42,623 bases of DNA. It comes from an uncultured Hydromonas sp. GTDB lineage: Bacteria > Pseudomonadota > Gammaproteobacteria > Burkholderiales > Burkholderiaceae. This document shows positions 18,440 to 28,333 of the stretch, one piece after another (the stretch's first letter is position 1; each line of letters starts with the position of its first letter). The translations under genes were made by a program, and so were the position numbers. The notes beneath the pieces were generated by a model. The model made no database searches. It saw only the letters and a program-made list of their open reading frames with translations, and was not told the DNA's origin. The DNA lies in contig CAZDLD010000003.1 in assembly GCA_964506355.1 (NCBI GenBank), positions 1 through 42,623 of the forward strand, written 5' to 3'.

Positions 18440-19799
18440 GTGCGGTGAGGCTGACAAATTGGCGCAATTCGCCACGCACCAGATACACCACCACCGAATC
18501 GCCCGACTGAAGATCCTGAGCCAGTTGGTTCAGTTGCGCAACGGTATTGAGCGGAATTTGATTCACGCTGATGATCCAATCGCCGGCTTGCAAACCGTTG
18601 TTCAGGGCATCACCCTGAACTTCGATCACCAGCACACCACTGGCAATGTTGGCGGCATTTTTTTGCGCGGTGGTTAGAGGGCGGGTGCGCAGACCGAGTT
18701 TGCGCCACGACCATGAGGCTATGGCGCTGTTGAGTTTCGGGCTGACCAGTTGCACCTCCACAGGTGCACCTGCGCGCATGACGGTCAAGCGCGCTTGGTT
18801 GTCTTGACGCAGAAAGTCGGGCAGCGCGTTCAAATCGGCCGCTTCGACGATGCCTTGAGATTCGAGCGAGACGATGACGTCATTTTTGAGCAAACCTGCG
18901 TTGCCCGCCATGCTGCCAGGGCGCACTTGCAACACCATCGCACCAGAAGCAGTGGTCAAACCCAGCGCTGCGGATTGTTCCTTGCTCATGTCACGGGCAG
19001 AAAAGCCCAAATTGGACAGAGAATTAAAGGTGTGCGTGCCGTCGTCAAATCCGTCCGAGCTCAATTTGGCCAAACGCGGGTGGCGGAACAAGCCCAAGGT
19101 GGTTTGCATCCGTGTTGAGTTCAGACCGAGCACTTGACCTGAGGTGTTGAGCAGCGGACCGCCGCTGTTGTCCGCATTGACATTGACATCGCTGACCAAG
19201 CCCGACGCGGGTGTTTGCGCAGGGGTGCTGACAATAACACCGACCGATGTGCCGCGTCGGTGCGCGCCCACTGCAATCACGCCCTCGCCCTCCTCGACCC
19301 GATCGGCCAAGCTCAGCACAGGCAAATTGTTTGCGTGGATGCGGATGATGGCCAAATCATTTTTGGCATCGCTGCGCACCATATTGGCTTTAAAGACGCG
19401 CTTGTCCGCCAGAATCACGATGATTTCGTGGGTGTCTTTGATCCATTGATAATTGGTGGCAATTTGGCCTTGGGCGCTGATGACGAAGCCTGAACCGTTG
19501 ATTTGTTTTTTGATGACGGGTGCGGCGCGAGTTTGGTTCGGCGTTTGATTGTCCATCAATATCGACGATAGCGAACGATAGACGGGGTCGTCGGTGATGT
19601 CTTTGTACTGTTCGGGGATTTTGACCTTGACCCAGCGGATGCCCTGAACTTGCACGATGGCGGGGGCGCTGTCATTGACCAATTGATTGACGTCCACGGC
19701 CTGCGCCAAATTCAGCGCGGCATAGAGCACATTGCCGCAGAGCAGCAATATGGCGTAGACAAAAGAGAAGCGAAGGGTAGAACGCTGAAATAGTGGCAT
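18432..19799 (-). CDS. DegP/HtrA-family periplasmic protein with two PDZ domains; catalytic His replaced by Gln
   Basis: 455 aa with a signal/anchor sequence. The trypsin-like core has GSGFVISAQGQIATNYQWI where the family has ..TNNHVV. The Asp (NDLAIIRI) and Ser (ADNSGGPLL) segments are retained. Two PDZ-like regions follow. Confidence 0.88.
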   Translation of the reverse strand: MPLFQRSTLRFSFVYAILLLCGNVLYAALNLAQAVDVNQLVNDSAPAIVQVQGIRWVKVKIPEQYKDITDDPVYRSLSSILMDNQTPNQTRAAPVIKKQINGSGFVISAQGQIATNYQWIKDTHEIIVILADKRVFKANMVRSDAKNDLAIIRIHANNLPVLSLADRVEEGEGVIAVGAHRRGTSVGVIVSTPAQTPASGLVSDVNVNADNSGGPLLNTSGQVLGLNSTRMQTTLGLFRHPRLAKLSSDGFDDGTHTFNSLSNLGFSARDMSKEQSAALGLTTASGAMVLQVRPGSMAGNAGLLKNDVIVSLESQGIVEAADLNALPDFLRQDNQARLTVMRAGAPVEVQLVSPKLNSAIASWSWRKLGLRTRPLTTAQKNAANIASGVLVIEVQGDALNNGLQAGDWIISVNQIPLNTVAQLNQLAQDLQSGDSVVVYLVRGELRQFVSLTAHE

Positions 19800-20002
19800 G
19801 ATGGACAGTTCGGTGTGCTCATGGGAAGCGGGTTGGCGTCGCGATTGTGTCGCTGGCTTTGCCTACTGTGTATACATTATAGCAACTATTGGGCGTAGCG
19901 GCTGGGTGCGGGGCATTTGATGTGATGCGGCAGTACTGATATGTGTGGCAGGTGCTGGTATTGATGTTGATGTCGATGCTGATCCGATGTTTATGTTGGC
20001 GA

Positions 20003-20030
20003 TAAAAAGACCACGCGATGGCGTGGTCTT
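20003..20030 (-). terminator. rho-independent terminator after sodB
   Basis: The stem is aagaccacgc / gcgtggtctt with loop gatg. On the minus strand it is followed by a T-run. Confidence 0.65.
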
Positions 20031-20059
20031 AGGGGTGTTGCTGTGGTTTTGGTGCCGAA

Positions 20060-20641
20060 TTAAGCAGCGAAGTTCTTCGCTACGAATTCCCAGTTCACCA
20101 AGTTCCAGAAGCTCTCAACGTATTTAGGACGCGCATTGCGGTAGTCAACGTAGTACGCATGTTCCCAAACGTCACAGGTCAACAAAGCACGGTTGTCTGT
20201 GGTCAAAGGCGTTGCCGCATTTGAAGTCGATACCAAGTCCAACTCGCCCGCAGGCGTTTTTACCAACCATGCCCAGCCTGAACCGAATGTGGTCACTGCG
20301 CATTTTGTGAACGCTTCTTTGAACGCGTCAAATGAGCCCCATTTGGCGTTGATGGCATCAGCCAGAGCACCTGTAGGTGCGCCACCAGCATTCGGTGCCA
20401 AACCATTCCAGTAGAACGTGTGGTTCCACACTTGAGCGGCGTTGTTGAAGACGCCTGCTGAAGATTTTTTCACGATTTCTTCCAAAGATGCATTTTCAAA
20501 CTCAGTGCCTTTGATCAGATTGTTCAAGTTGTCCACATAGGTTTTGTGGTGTTTGCCATAGTGAAACTCTAAGGTTTCAGCAGAAATGTGTGGCGCGAGC
20601 GCGTCCATGGCATAAGGCAAAGCGGGTAAAGTATGTTCCAT
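20060..20641 (-). CDS. sodB: superoxide dismutase [Fe]
   Basis: Trimmed to the ATG at 20639-20641 ([31 protein letters not shown]), with SD GGAGA. The Fe-type stretch [14 protein letters not shown] is present. Confidence 0.93.
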   Translation of the reverse strand: MEHTLPALPYAMDALAPHISAETLEFHYGKHHKTYVDNLNNLIKGTEFENASLEEIVKKSSAGVFNNAAQVWNHTFYWNGLAPNAGGAPTGALADAINAKWGSFDAFKEAFTKCAVTTFGSGWAWLVKTPAGELDLVSTSNAATPLTTDNRALLTCDVWEHAYYVDYRNARPKYVESFWNLVNWEFVAKNFAA

Positions 20642-20678
20642 TGAGTTCTCCAATATAAGATGAAAAAAGCTGAGTCGG

Positions 20679-22004
20679 TTATTCAGATTCAGTGTGATTG
20701 ACCGTGCCAATCACTCGTCCACGCGACAGCTGGATGGTGATGCCATCCCCCGCGTGCAGGGTGCTGGCATTATAAACGATGTCTCCATTTTGTGTTTGCA
20801 CATAGGCAAAGCCCCTGTTCAAGACATTCTCGGGATTGAGCTGAACCAAATGCTGCTCGAAGTTGAGCACGCGATGACGCTGTCGTTCCAGCAGTCGCGC
20901 ATGGGCGCTGGTCAGTTGCTCGGTGCGCTGTTGTAATGTGTGCTGCTGTTGCGTCACTTGGGGTTGAACCCGTTGCAGGCGATCAAATAGATAATGTTGC
21001 TTGTGTTGGGTTCGGCTCAGTTGCGCATCGAAATGACTCTTTAAACGTAAAGACCACTGCTCAATCTGCGCTTGGGTGTGCGCCAATCGTTGCGCAGGCG
21101 TGAGCAGTCGCAATGTACTGCGATCCAAATCTTGTTCGGCACGCTCGAGATGGCGCTGCATCAGCCGTTGCAAAGCACGCGCATGGTTGTTGAGTGTCTG
21201 TGCCCAATCGGCTTGCGAGGGCGAGCTGATGAGCTCGGCCGCGGCGGTGGGCGTCGCGGCGCGCACATCGGCGACATAGTCGGCAATGGTGGTGTCGGTC
21301 TCGTGACCCACGCCACAGATGGTGGGCAAACGGCTGTTGTACAACGCGTGCGCCACTTCAGGCTCATTGAAAGCCCATAAGTCTTCTAAACTGCCGCCGC
21401 CACGTATCACCAGCAGCGCATCGAGCTCAGGATTTTGGTTGGCGCGCTCAATCGCACGGGCAATTTGCCCAGCGGCTTGCTCGCCCTGCACCAAACAGGG
21501 GTACAAAAACGCCTCGATGTGCGGCGCACGTCGCGCCAAGGTGTGCGCCACATCGCGCAGGGCGGCGGCCTGCGAGGAAGTCACGATGCCAATTTTGCGA
21601 ACGAAGTTTGGCAATGGTTTTTTGTGTGCGCTGTCGAACAGACCTTCACGCGCCAAAGTGTCTTTGAGTTGCATGAAGCGCTCGTACAGTGTGCCCATAC
21701 CCGCAGGGCGCATCGATTCGACCGTGAGTTGAAAGTCGCCACGCGCAGCATATAGCCCCGCGCTGACGTAGGCCTGTACGTGGTCGCCCTCTTTGGGTTG
21801 CCATTTGAGCAGGGCGACCTTGGGGCGAAACATCACGGCGCGCACCTGCGCATCCTCGTCCTTAAGTGAGAAATACCAATGCCCACTGGGGTATTGCTTG
21901 AGATTGGAAATCTCCCCCTGCACCCACAGCAGTGGCACACTGCGCTCGAGCAGGGTGGCTATGCGTTGGTTCAGCTCAGCGATGGACAGATAGGTGGTGG
22001 ACAT
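20679..22004 (-). CDS. xseA: exodeoxyribonuclease VII large subunit
   Basis: 441 aa. The N-terminal OB fold ([22 protein letters not shown]) is followed by the catalytic core and a long coiled-coil tail. Confidence 0.95.
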   Translation of the reverse strand: MSTTYLSIAELNQRIATLLERSVPLLWVQGEISNLKQYPSGHWYFSLKDEDAQVRAVMFRPKVALLKWQPKEGDHVQAYVSAGLYAARGDFQLTVESMRPAGMGTLYERFMQLKDTLAREGLFDSAHKKPLPNFVRKIGIVTSSQAAALRDVAHTLARRAPHIEAFLYPCLVQGEQAAGQIARAIERANQNPELDALLVIRGGGSLEDLWAFNEPEVAHALYNSRLPTICGVGHETDTTIADYVADVRAATPTAAAELISSPSQADWAQTLNNHARALQRLMQRHLERAEQDLDRSTLRLLTPAQRLAHTQAQIEQWSLRLKSHFDAQLSRTQHKQHYLFDRLQRVQPQVTQQQHTLQQRTEQLTSAHARLLERQRHRVLNFEQHLVQLNPENVLNRGFAYVQTQNGDIVYNASTLHAGDGITIQLSRGRVIGTVNHTESE

Positions 22005-22119
22005 GGTGGCTCTACGGTGGTGTGAGGGTGTGCGTAATGAAGCGATAAAAAACGACTGATTGTAACTGAATTTCGAGTATAATTATCCGTTGAAATTTTA
22101 ACCCTTTTGTGGAGGAATC

Positions 22120-22662
22120 ATGAGTTACGAAGAAAATAAAGACGAAGAACAACGTGTGGTCTGGGGCGTATTGATTGCCTTGGGTACGGTGTTGATTGGC
22201 GGCATCATTGCTTTTGCAGCTTCAGTGGGCAGCGGCGATTCAGGTGCGACTAAATCAGCGGCCAATGGCGCGGCAGCAGTTGCAGCAACCCCAGCGGCAG
22301 CGGTGGCTCCAGCAGCGCCAGCAGCTGCGGATGGCTCTAAAGTCGTGGTTGAAAATGGTGTGGTTAAATTCTACTTCGGTTCGGGCAAAGCCGATTTGGC
22401 TCAAGGTTCTGACGCGGCATTGGCCGATGTGGTCAAGGGCTTGAAAGCGGGTCAAAAAGCAGTGATTTCAGGTTACCATGACAGCACAGGTAATTTGGCA
22501 TCTAACCAAGAATTGGCGAAAAAACGTGCGATTTCAGTGCGTGATGCTTTGGTTCACTTGGGTGCGCCAGTGGACCACGTCGAAATGAAAAAACCTGAGA
22601 ACTCATCAGGCACAGGTCCAGCCTCAGAAGCGCGTCGCGTGGAAGTGGTATTGGCGAAATAA
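22120..22662 (+). CDS. membrane-anchored OmpA_C-like (peptidoglycan-binding) protein
   Basis: 180 aa with SD GGAGGA. It has one N-terminal TM helix, an Ala/Pro-rich linker and an OmpA-like C-terminal domain (GYHDSTGNLASNQELAKKRAISVRDAL). Confidence 0.82.
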   Translation: MSYEENKDEEQRVVWGVLIALGTVLIGGIIAFAASVGSGDSGATKSAANGAAAVAATPAAAVAPAAPAAADGSKVVVENGVVKFYFGSGKADLAQGSDAALADVVKGLKAGQKAVISGYHDSTGNLASNQELAKKRAISVRDALVHLGAPVDHVEMKKPENSSGTGPASEARRVEVVLAK

Positions 22663-22703
22663 GGTATACCCGCCTGAGCACAACGCTTGATGTTGTGCGC
22701 TGA

Positions 22704-22742
22704 AAAAAGACCATCGAGCTTGGCTCTGATGGTCTTTTTTTG
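22704..22742 (+). terminator. rho-independent terminator
   Basis: The stem is aaagaccatc / gatggtcttt, followed by a T-run. Confidence 0.65.
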
Positions 22743-22787
22743 TCCAAAATTTCGCAGTGCTAAGACATTGGCGCAACTTGACCGAAA

Positions 22788-24668
22788 CTACTGCCCACGC
22801 ATAAAAAACGCATCCAGCTGCTTCATCGACAGCTGTATCCATGTTGGGCGGCCGTGGTTGCATTGATTGGCACGCTCGGTTGCCTCCATGTCGCGCAGCA
22901 GTTGGTTCATTTCTGGTAGGGTGAGTTGACGGTTCGCACGCACCGCGCCGTGACAGGCGAGCGTACCCAGCAGTTGGTTGCGCTGCTCGGTGAGCACTTG
23001 GCTCGCGCCGAGTTGGGCGATGTCGGTGAGCACCGCACGCGCCAGCGCGATGGCGTCGGCTTGTTTAATTAAAGCAGGCACGCTGCGGATGGCGATTTCA
23101 TTGATGCCGAGCGTGGACAGGCTCAAGCCAATTTGCCCGAGCACTTGCGCCACTTCAGGCTCGGCCAGCGTCGCCAGCTCGAGCGCATTGGCGCTAAACG
23201 AGAGTGGAATCAATAAATCTTGCTTGGCCAAAGTGTGTTCGTCCAGAGCGATTTTGAGCCGCTCGTACACGATGCGCTCGTGCGCCGCGTGCATGTCCAC
23301 CAGCACCGCGCCTTGGGCGTTTTGAGCCAAAATATACACCCCATGAATCTGTGCCAAGGCAAAGCCCAGCGGATGCGATGGCGCTGCGTAGTCGTTGTGT
23401 GTGGGTGCTTCGGTGTGGTTCGCAACTGGCGGGGCAAAGCGCTCGGGCGCAGGCTCACTGCGCAATACATCCAGATAACTGCGCACATTCTGCGCCAGTG
23501 GTAAGCTGCGCTGTGATTGCGCGGTAAATCCTCTGTCCATCGGGTGCGCGGGTAAATCCGCCGCCACAGCGGATGCCAACGCATTGGCCGATGGTGATGG
23601 TGCGCGCCAAGAAGGGGCGTTTGTGTCATTGCCCATAGTTTGTGCGCTAGGCACGCGGGCGCTGGCGGTCTGCGCCAAGGATTTTTTCAAACTGTGGGTG
23701 ATGAGCTGATGCACCGCACCGCTGTCGCGAAAGCGCACTTCGGTTTTGGCAGGGTGGACATTGACATCCACACTGCTCGCAGGCACATCGAGGAACAACA
23801 CATAAGCAGGGTGGCGCTGATGGTGCAGCACATCGGCATAAGCGGCGCGGATGGCGTGGCTGACCACTTTGTCGCGAACATAGCGCTGGTTCACATAAGC
23901 GTACTGCGTATCGGCGCGGGCGCGGGCGGCATCGGCAGGGAAAATCATCCCCGTGAGGTTGAACTCGCCCGAGGTCTCATTGACCCAAATCGCGTGCTCG
24001 GGCAGGGTGCTGGCGAGCACGTCCGAGATGCGATTTTTCCAGTCGGTGGCGGGGTAGTGGGCGCTCACTTTATTTTGATGAAACAGCTTGAAGGTACAGT
24101 GCGGATTGGCCAGCGCGATGCGCGTGAACACCTCGGCACAGTGCGCGAACTCGGTGCCATCGGTCTTGAGAAACTTGCGCCGCGCAGGCGTGTTGAAATA
24201 CAAATCAGCCACCTCAATGCGCGTGCCCACGCCGCCCGCAGTCGGAGTGATGCGCCATGCGCCTGCGTGGTTATCGATGCTAGAGGCGTGCGCGTCGTCA
24301 TCGGATTTACTGGTCATGCGTAGTTGCGACACCGAGGCAATTGACGCCAGCGCCTCACCGCGAAACCCCATAGACTCGACGTGCTCGAGCTCATCGAGCG
24401 AGCGAATCTTGCTCGTGGCGTGGCGTGTCATCGCCAAGGGCAGTTGCGCCGCGCCCATGCCGCAGCCGTTGTCGCTGATTTCGATGAGGGTTTTGCCGCC
24501 GTCTTGCAGGCGCAGATTGATTTCGGTCGCGCCTGCGTCCAGTGCGTTCTCCAGCAACTCCTTGACCACCGAAGCGGGGCGCTCGACAACCTCACCTGCG
24601 GCAATTTGGCTGATGAGTTGGTCGGGAAGCTGGATGATGTCGCGCTGAGGCGCAAGGCGGATTTTCAT
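22788..24668 (-). CDS. mutL: DNA mismatch repair protein MutL (endonuclease-motif type)
   Basis: 626 aa. The GHKL ATPase N-terminus is present (IAAGEVVERPASVVKELLENALDAGAT). The C-terminal segment DMHAAHERIVYE fits DQHAxxExxxxE. Confidence 0.95.
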   Translation of the reverse strand: MKIRLAPQRDIIQLPDQLISQIAAGEVVERPASVVKELLENALDAGATEINLRLQDGGKTLIEISDNGCGMGAAQLPLAMTRHATSKIRSLDELEHVESMGFRGEALASIASVSQLRMTSKSDDDAHASSIDNHAGAWRITPTAGGVGTRIEVADLYFNTPARRKFLKTDGTEFAHCAEVFTRIALANPHCTFKLFHQNKVSAHYPATDWKNRISDVLASTLPEHAIWVNETSGEFNLTGMIFPADAARARADTQYAYVNQRYVRDKVVSHAIRAAYADVLHHQRHPAYVLFLDVPASSVDVNVHPAKTEVRFRDSGAVHQLITHSLKKSLAQTASARVPSAQTMGNDTNAPSWRAPSPSANALASAVAADLPAHPMDRGFTAQSQRSLPLAQNVRSYLDVLRSEPAPERFAPPVANHTEAPTHNDYAAPSHPLGFALAQIHGVYILAQNAQGAVLVDMHAAHERIVYERLKIALDEHTLAKQDLLIPLSFSANALELATLAEPEVAQVLGQIGLSLSTLGINEIAIRSVPALIKQADAIALARAVLTDIAQLGASQVLTEQRNQLLGTLACHGAVRANRQLTLPEMNQLLRDMEATERANQCNHGRPTWIQLSMKQLDAFFMRGQ

Positions 24669-24724
24669 ATTGGGTCAGTGCGTTGAGTGATGTGTGATTA
24701 AATTTTAACGCAAATCACGCATGA

Positions 24725-25771
24725 TTACTGATGCACCTGTGCGAGCATCGCAGACGTTTTTGCCAACATGTCGTGCGCTACCGCGTTGTAGGCGCGTTGT
24801 AGCGCAAAGCCATAAGCGTAGCTGTCGGCGCCGCCATGGCTCTTGATGACCACGCCGCGCAGACCGAGCAGCGCCGCGCCGTTGAATGGGCGACCATCGA
24901 CACTGCGCTTAAAGCCATTGATGGCAGGCAGGGCAAATAACGCAATCAGTTTGCGCCAGATGGATTTTTTGAATTCATGCGTGAGCTTGTGGCGCACCAT
25001 TTGGCTCAGGCCTTCTGAGGTTTTGAGCAGGACGTTGCCCACGAAACCGTCACAGACGATTACATCGGCGCCGCCGGTGAAAATTTGATTGCCCTCGACA
25101 TTGCCGATGAAGTTAATCGGTGTTTGTTTGAGCAGTAGCGATGCGGCCTTGACCACTTCGTTGCCCTTGATGTCTTCGTGGCCGATGTTGAGCAGGCCCA
25201 CGCGTGGGTTGCTCGCGGTGGCGTGATCCATGGTCGCGGCGACCAGTGAGCTGCCCATCAGTGCGAATTGTTGTAAATGTTCAGCCGTGCAGTCGACATT
25301 CGCGCCCAAATCGAGCACCACTGTACCCGTGGCATCCATGCTCGGCATAATCGAGGCAATCGCAGGGCGGTCAATGCCGTCGAGCGTCTTGAGCACAAAG
25401 CGCGCAATCGCCATCAGCGCGCCGGTGTTGCCCGCCGAGACCACTGCGTGGGCGCGTCCGTCTTTGACTTGATTGATGGCCACGCGCATGGAGGAGTCTT
25501 TTTTGCGGCGCAGCGCGGACTCGACCGCTTCGTCCATCTCGACGATTTCGCTGGCGTGGACAATTTGGCAGCGCTCAGAAATGCTGAGCTTGTGGTGCGC
25601 CAATTGGTTTTGAATTTGGGTTTCGTCCCCGACCAGCAATAATTGCGCGTCGGGATGGGTGCTTAGAAATTCAGCGCATGCGGGCAAGGTCACCGCAAGA
25701 CCATGGTCGCCGCCCATGACATCAACGGCGATGACGAATTGAGAAGGGCTGTGTGGACTGGCTGTGCTCAT
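24725..25771 (-). CDS. plsX: phosphate acyltransferase PlsX
   Basis: 348 aa. Family stretches are [11 protein letters not shown] and [10 protein letters not shown]. Confidence 0.95.
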   Translation of the reverse strand: MSTASPHSPSQFVIAVDVMGGDHGLAVTLPACAEFLSTHPDAQLLLVGDETQIQNQLAHHKLSISERCQIVHASEIVEMDEAVESALRRKKDSSMRVAINQVKDGRAHAVVSAGNTGALMAIARFVLKTLDGIDRPAIASIMPSMDATGTVVLDLGANVDCTAEHLQQFALMGSSLVAATMDHATASNPRVGLLNIGHEDIKGNEVVKAASLLLKQTPINFIGNVEGNQIFTGGADVIVCDGFVGNVLLKTSEGLSQMVRHKLTHEFKKSIWRKLIALFALPAINGFKRSVDGRPFNGAALLGLRGVVIKSHGGADSYAYGFALQRAYNAVAHDMLAKTSAMLAQVHQ

Positions 25772-25781
25772 GGTGCTCGCT

Positions 25782-25814
25782 TTGATTCAAGGTTTGATTC
25801 AAATTCTGATTCAA
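25782..25814. repeat. 3 direct copies of [TC]TGATTCAA at exact 12-bp period, just upstream of plsX
   Basis: Copies lie at 25782-90, 25794-802 and 25806-14. On the coding (minus) strand the unit reads TTGAATCA. The array lies 11-43 nt upstream of the plsX ATG. Confidence 0.85.
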
Positions 25815-25895
25815 GGGTGGTTGTTTGGGCGTACGACGTGAGGGTTCGTCCCGTGACAATATACGCGCTTTGAATTGATACGACGCAAAAAATAA

Positions 25896-25924
25896 ACGAC
25901 AAAAAGCTGGAATTAACCAGCTTT
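25896..25924 (-). terminator. hairpin/attenuator between rpmF and plsX
   Basis: The stem is aaagctgg / ccagcttt with loop aattaa. On the minus strand it is followed by a T-rich run. Confidence 0.5.
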
Positions 25925-25984
25925 GCAATGTCGTTGTCAAAACGATAAACAGTCAATCACAGCGCGAACGTTGTGATGGGTGAA

Positions 25985-26167
25985 TTATTCGTCGTTTTTA
26001 GTTTTCAATACTTTTTTGCCACGATAAAAGCCGTTAGGGCTGATGTGGTGACGCAAGTGAACTTCACCTGTTACAGGCTCAACAGCAGTTGCTGGACCTG
26101 TGATGAAGTCGTGCGAACGGTGCATGCCGCGTTTTGAAGGTGATTTTTTGTTTTGTTGAACAGCCAT
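25985..26167 (-). CDS. rpmF: 50S ribosomal protein L32
   Basis: 60 aa, [20 protein letters not shown]...; canonical L32. Confidence 0.97.
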   Translation of the reverse strand: MAVQQNKKSPSKRGMHRSHDFITGPATAVEPVTGEVHLRHHISPNGFYRGKKVLKTKNDE

Positions 26168-26276
26168 GTTAATGCTCCTGAAGCCTTAATTACATAAATA
26201 TGCAGAATGGGCGATTATAGAGGAGTTTCTCTGCTTTGCCAAGAGGTTTGCAGAAAAACATCGGATTTTCAAATAT

Positions 26277-26789
26277 TTAGGTGTTTTTGAGTGTGCGCAA
26301 TGCATCAAAAGGCGACACTTTTTCGCCGACCGAAGTGGGCAAAGTTTGCTCGCACACCGTGTGCGCCACCACCAAGGGCAGTGAGAGGATGATTTCGTCT
26401 TCCAGCAAGTTGAGTAAATCATACGTGGTGCTGCCAACGATTTTTTCCAAGCCCACAGATTGACCTGCCGCTATCGCCGCCAAGACTTCTTCTTCATCGT
26501 CCAAATCGGCTTCGGTGTGAACCAGCTCGAGCGCGTTGTCCACCGCGATGTGGTGCGTCAGTGGTTCCGCGCAGCGTTGGCAATTCATCGACACCGCGCC
26601 AGTGACTTCGAGGTGCAAAATGGGGTGTTGTTCGTCATCGAGCTGTCCGCTCACACAGTAGGCGAGCGTGCCCTCGGTGCTCGACAAGTCCTCGCAAAAG
26701 CGGGTCAACAGGGCAATCGGCAAGTCGCCTTTGAGTTGCGCGGCATCGCTACACAGGGCAAAAACATCAATCGGGGTTTGAATATTCAT
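26277..26789 (-). CDS. yceD: YceD/DUF177 family protein
   Basis: 170 aa. It occupies the conserved position upstream of rpmF. It has a CxxC (CQRCAEPL) and an acidic C-terminus. Confidence 0.88.
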   Translation of the reverse strand: MNIQTPIDVFALCSDAAQLKGDLPIALLTRFCEDLSSTEGTLAYCVSGQLDDEQHPILHLEVTGAVSMNCQRCAEPLTHHIAVDNALELVHTEADLDDEEEVLAAIAAGQSVGLEKIVGSTTYDLLNLLEDEIILSLPLVVAHTVCEQTLPTSVGEKVSPFDALRTLKNT

Positions 26790-26863
26790 TATTAACTTTC
26801 ATGGTGCAAAGGTATTTTTGCGATAATGCGCCATTGTATCAAATAGTGCCCTAAGGAAACACC

Positions 26864-27460
26864 ATGTCGAAAATTAGTTTGATTTTAGGCTCGTCCTCGC
26901 CCTACCGACGTGAGCTGCTGTCGCGCTTGCGCCTGCCTTTTACCGTGGTCAGTCCGAGCATAGACGAGACACCGCTGGCGAACGAGACGCCACCTGCGAC
27001 CGCGTTGCGCTTGGCTGAGCTCAAAGCGCGTGCGATTGCACAGAACCACCCCGATGCCTTAATCATCGGCGCCGATCAAGTGGCGACGGTCAATGGCGAG
27101 CAAATTGGCAAGGCGGGCAGCTTTGACAAAGCCTTGGCACAGCTGCAGTCCATGCGTGGTCAAACCGTGCAATTTCACAGCGCTTTGTGTTTGTATGATG
27201 CACGCACAGGCGCGGTCGATGCGCGCAACATCATCACCCACGCGACTTTCCGCGATTTGCCCGATGCGGAATTGGCCGCTTATCTGCGCATCGAGCAGCC
27301 GTATGACTGCGCGGGCAGCGCCAAGGTCGAAGCATTGGGCATCACGATTTTGGAGAAAGTTCAGTCGGACGACCCGACCGCGCTCATCGGTCTGCCCTTG
27401 ATTGCGCTCACGGATATGTTGCGCAAAGCAGGCGTGAATCTGTATGAGGATGCGTCATGA
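26864..27460 (+). CDS. maf: Maf-like nucleoside triphosphate pyrophosphatase
   Basis: 198 aa with SD AAGGAA. Family stretches are LILGSSSPYRRELL and GADQV. Confidence 0.9.
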   Translation: MSKISLILGSSSPYRRELLSRLRLPFTVVSPSIDETPLANETPPATALRLAELKARAIAQNHPDALIIGADQVATVNGEQIGKAGSFDKALAQLQSMRGQTVQFHSALCLYDARTGAVDARNIITHATFRDLPDAELAAYLRIEQPYDCAGSAKVEALGITILEKVQSDDPTALIGLPLIALTDMLRKAGVNLYEDAS

Positions 27461-28212
27461 CAAATACACAACATTCTTTGGGCACACTCTACCTCATACC
27501 GAATACCCTCAGCTCGCCCACGGACATCAATCACGACACATTGAATGCTGTGTTGCCCGCACAGGTGCAGAGCGTGATTCACGGGTGTGCTGATTTTGTG
27601 GTCGAAACCGCCAAAGTCGCGCGCCAATTTCTCAAAGCCGTGGGCACCGACACGCCATTGCAAGAACTCAATATTCAAGAACTCAATGTCAAAACCCCCG
27701 ATGACGCGGTCAAGCGGCTGCTCGCACCGTTGCTCGCAGGGCGCAACTTGGGATTGCTCAGTGATGCGGGCTGTCCAGCCGTTGCCGATCCAGGTGCGCG
27801 GCTGGTCGAGGTGGCGCATCAAGCGGGCATTCGCGTGGTGCCTCTGGTCGGACCTTCATCGATACTGCTGGCGCTGATGGGCAGCGGTTTGAACGGGCAA
27901 AAATTCGCGTTTCACGGCTATTTGCCCATAGATGCCGCGCAAAAATCCAAAGAAATCAAACGCTTGGAGCAAGAATCCAAAAGCGCCAATCAAACGCAAA
28001 TGTTCATCGAAACCCCGTATCGCAATATGGCATTGTTTGAAACCCTGCTCAAAACTTTGCAGCCGAACACCCGACTGTGCGTGGGCGCTGATTTGACCCT
28101 GCCGAGCGAAACCCTGCGCACGCAGACTGTGGCGCAGTGGCAAAAAGCCATCAAGGTGGCTCAGGGCGTGGAGCTGAACAAACGGCCGACGATGTTTTTA
28201 TTTTTGGCGTGA
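27457..28212 (+). CDS. SAM-dependent methyltransferase, tetrapyrrole-methylase (RsmI-like) superfamily
   Basis: 251 aa. An ATGA overlap links it to the maf stop. Family stretches are LLSDAGCPAVADPGARLV and VVPLVGPSSILLALMGSGL. Confidence 0.82.
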   Translation: MTNTQHSLGTLYLIPNTLSSPTDINHDTLNAVLPAQVQSVIHGCADFVVETAKVARQFLKAVGTDTPLQELNIQELNVKTPDDAVKRLLAPLLAGRNLGLLSDAGCPAVADPGARLVEVAHQAGIRVVPLVGPSSILLALMGSGLNGQKFAFHGYLPIDAAQKSKEIKRLEQESKSANQTQMFIETPYRNMALFETLLKTLQPNTRLCVGADLTLPSETLRTQTVAQWQKAIKVAQGVELNKRPTMFLFLA

Positions 28213-28251
28213 TGGGCGCGTCGTTCGATGCTTTGTTCATCGGATAAATCA

Positions 28252-28280
28252 ACGCTCGAACCACGGTTCGGGCGTTTTTT
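28252..28280 (+). terminator. rho-independent terminator
   Basis: The stem is acgctcgaac / gttcgggcgt (one G-U pair), followed by TTTTTT. Confidence 0.6.
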
Positions 28281-28333
28281 ATGGCCTATTTGCGGTACAA
28301 TGGCGCGGTTAAGCGTTTGGATACGGGTGGGTT

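Noticed and set aside
19864-19883. A LexA/SOS-box-like TACTGTGTATACATTATAGC upstream of the DegP-like gene. I also searched for an SOS box upstream of recN.
   Set aside because: Only the left half-site (TACTGT) matches, and the right half is ATAG rather than ACAG at the wrong register. No CTGT-N8-ACAG was found in the 45-bp nadK-recN gap either.
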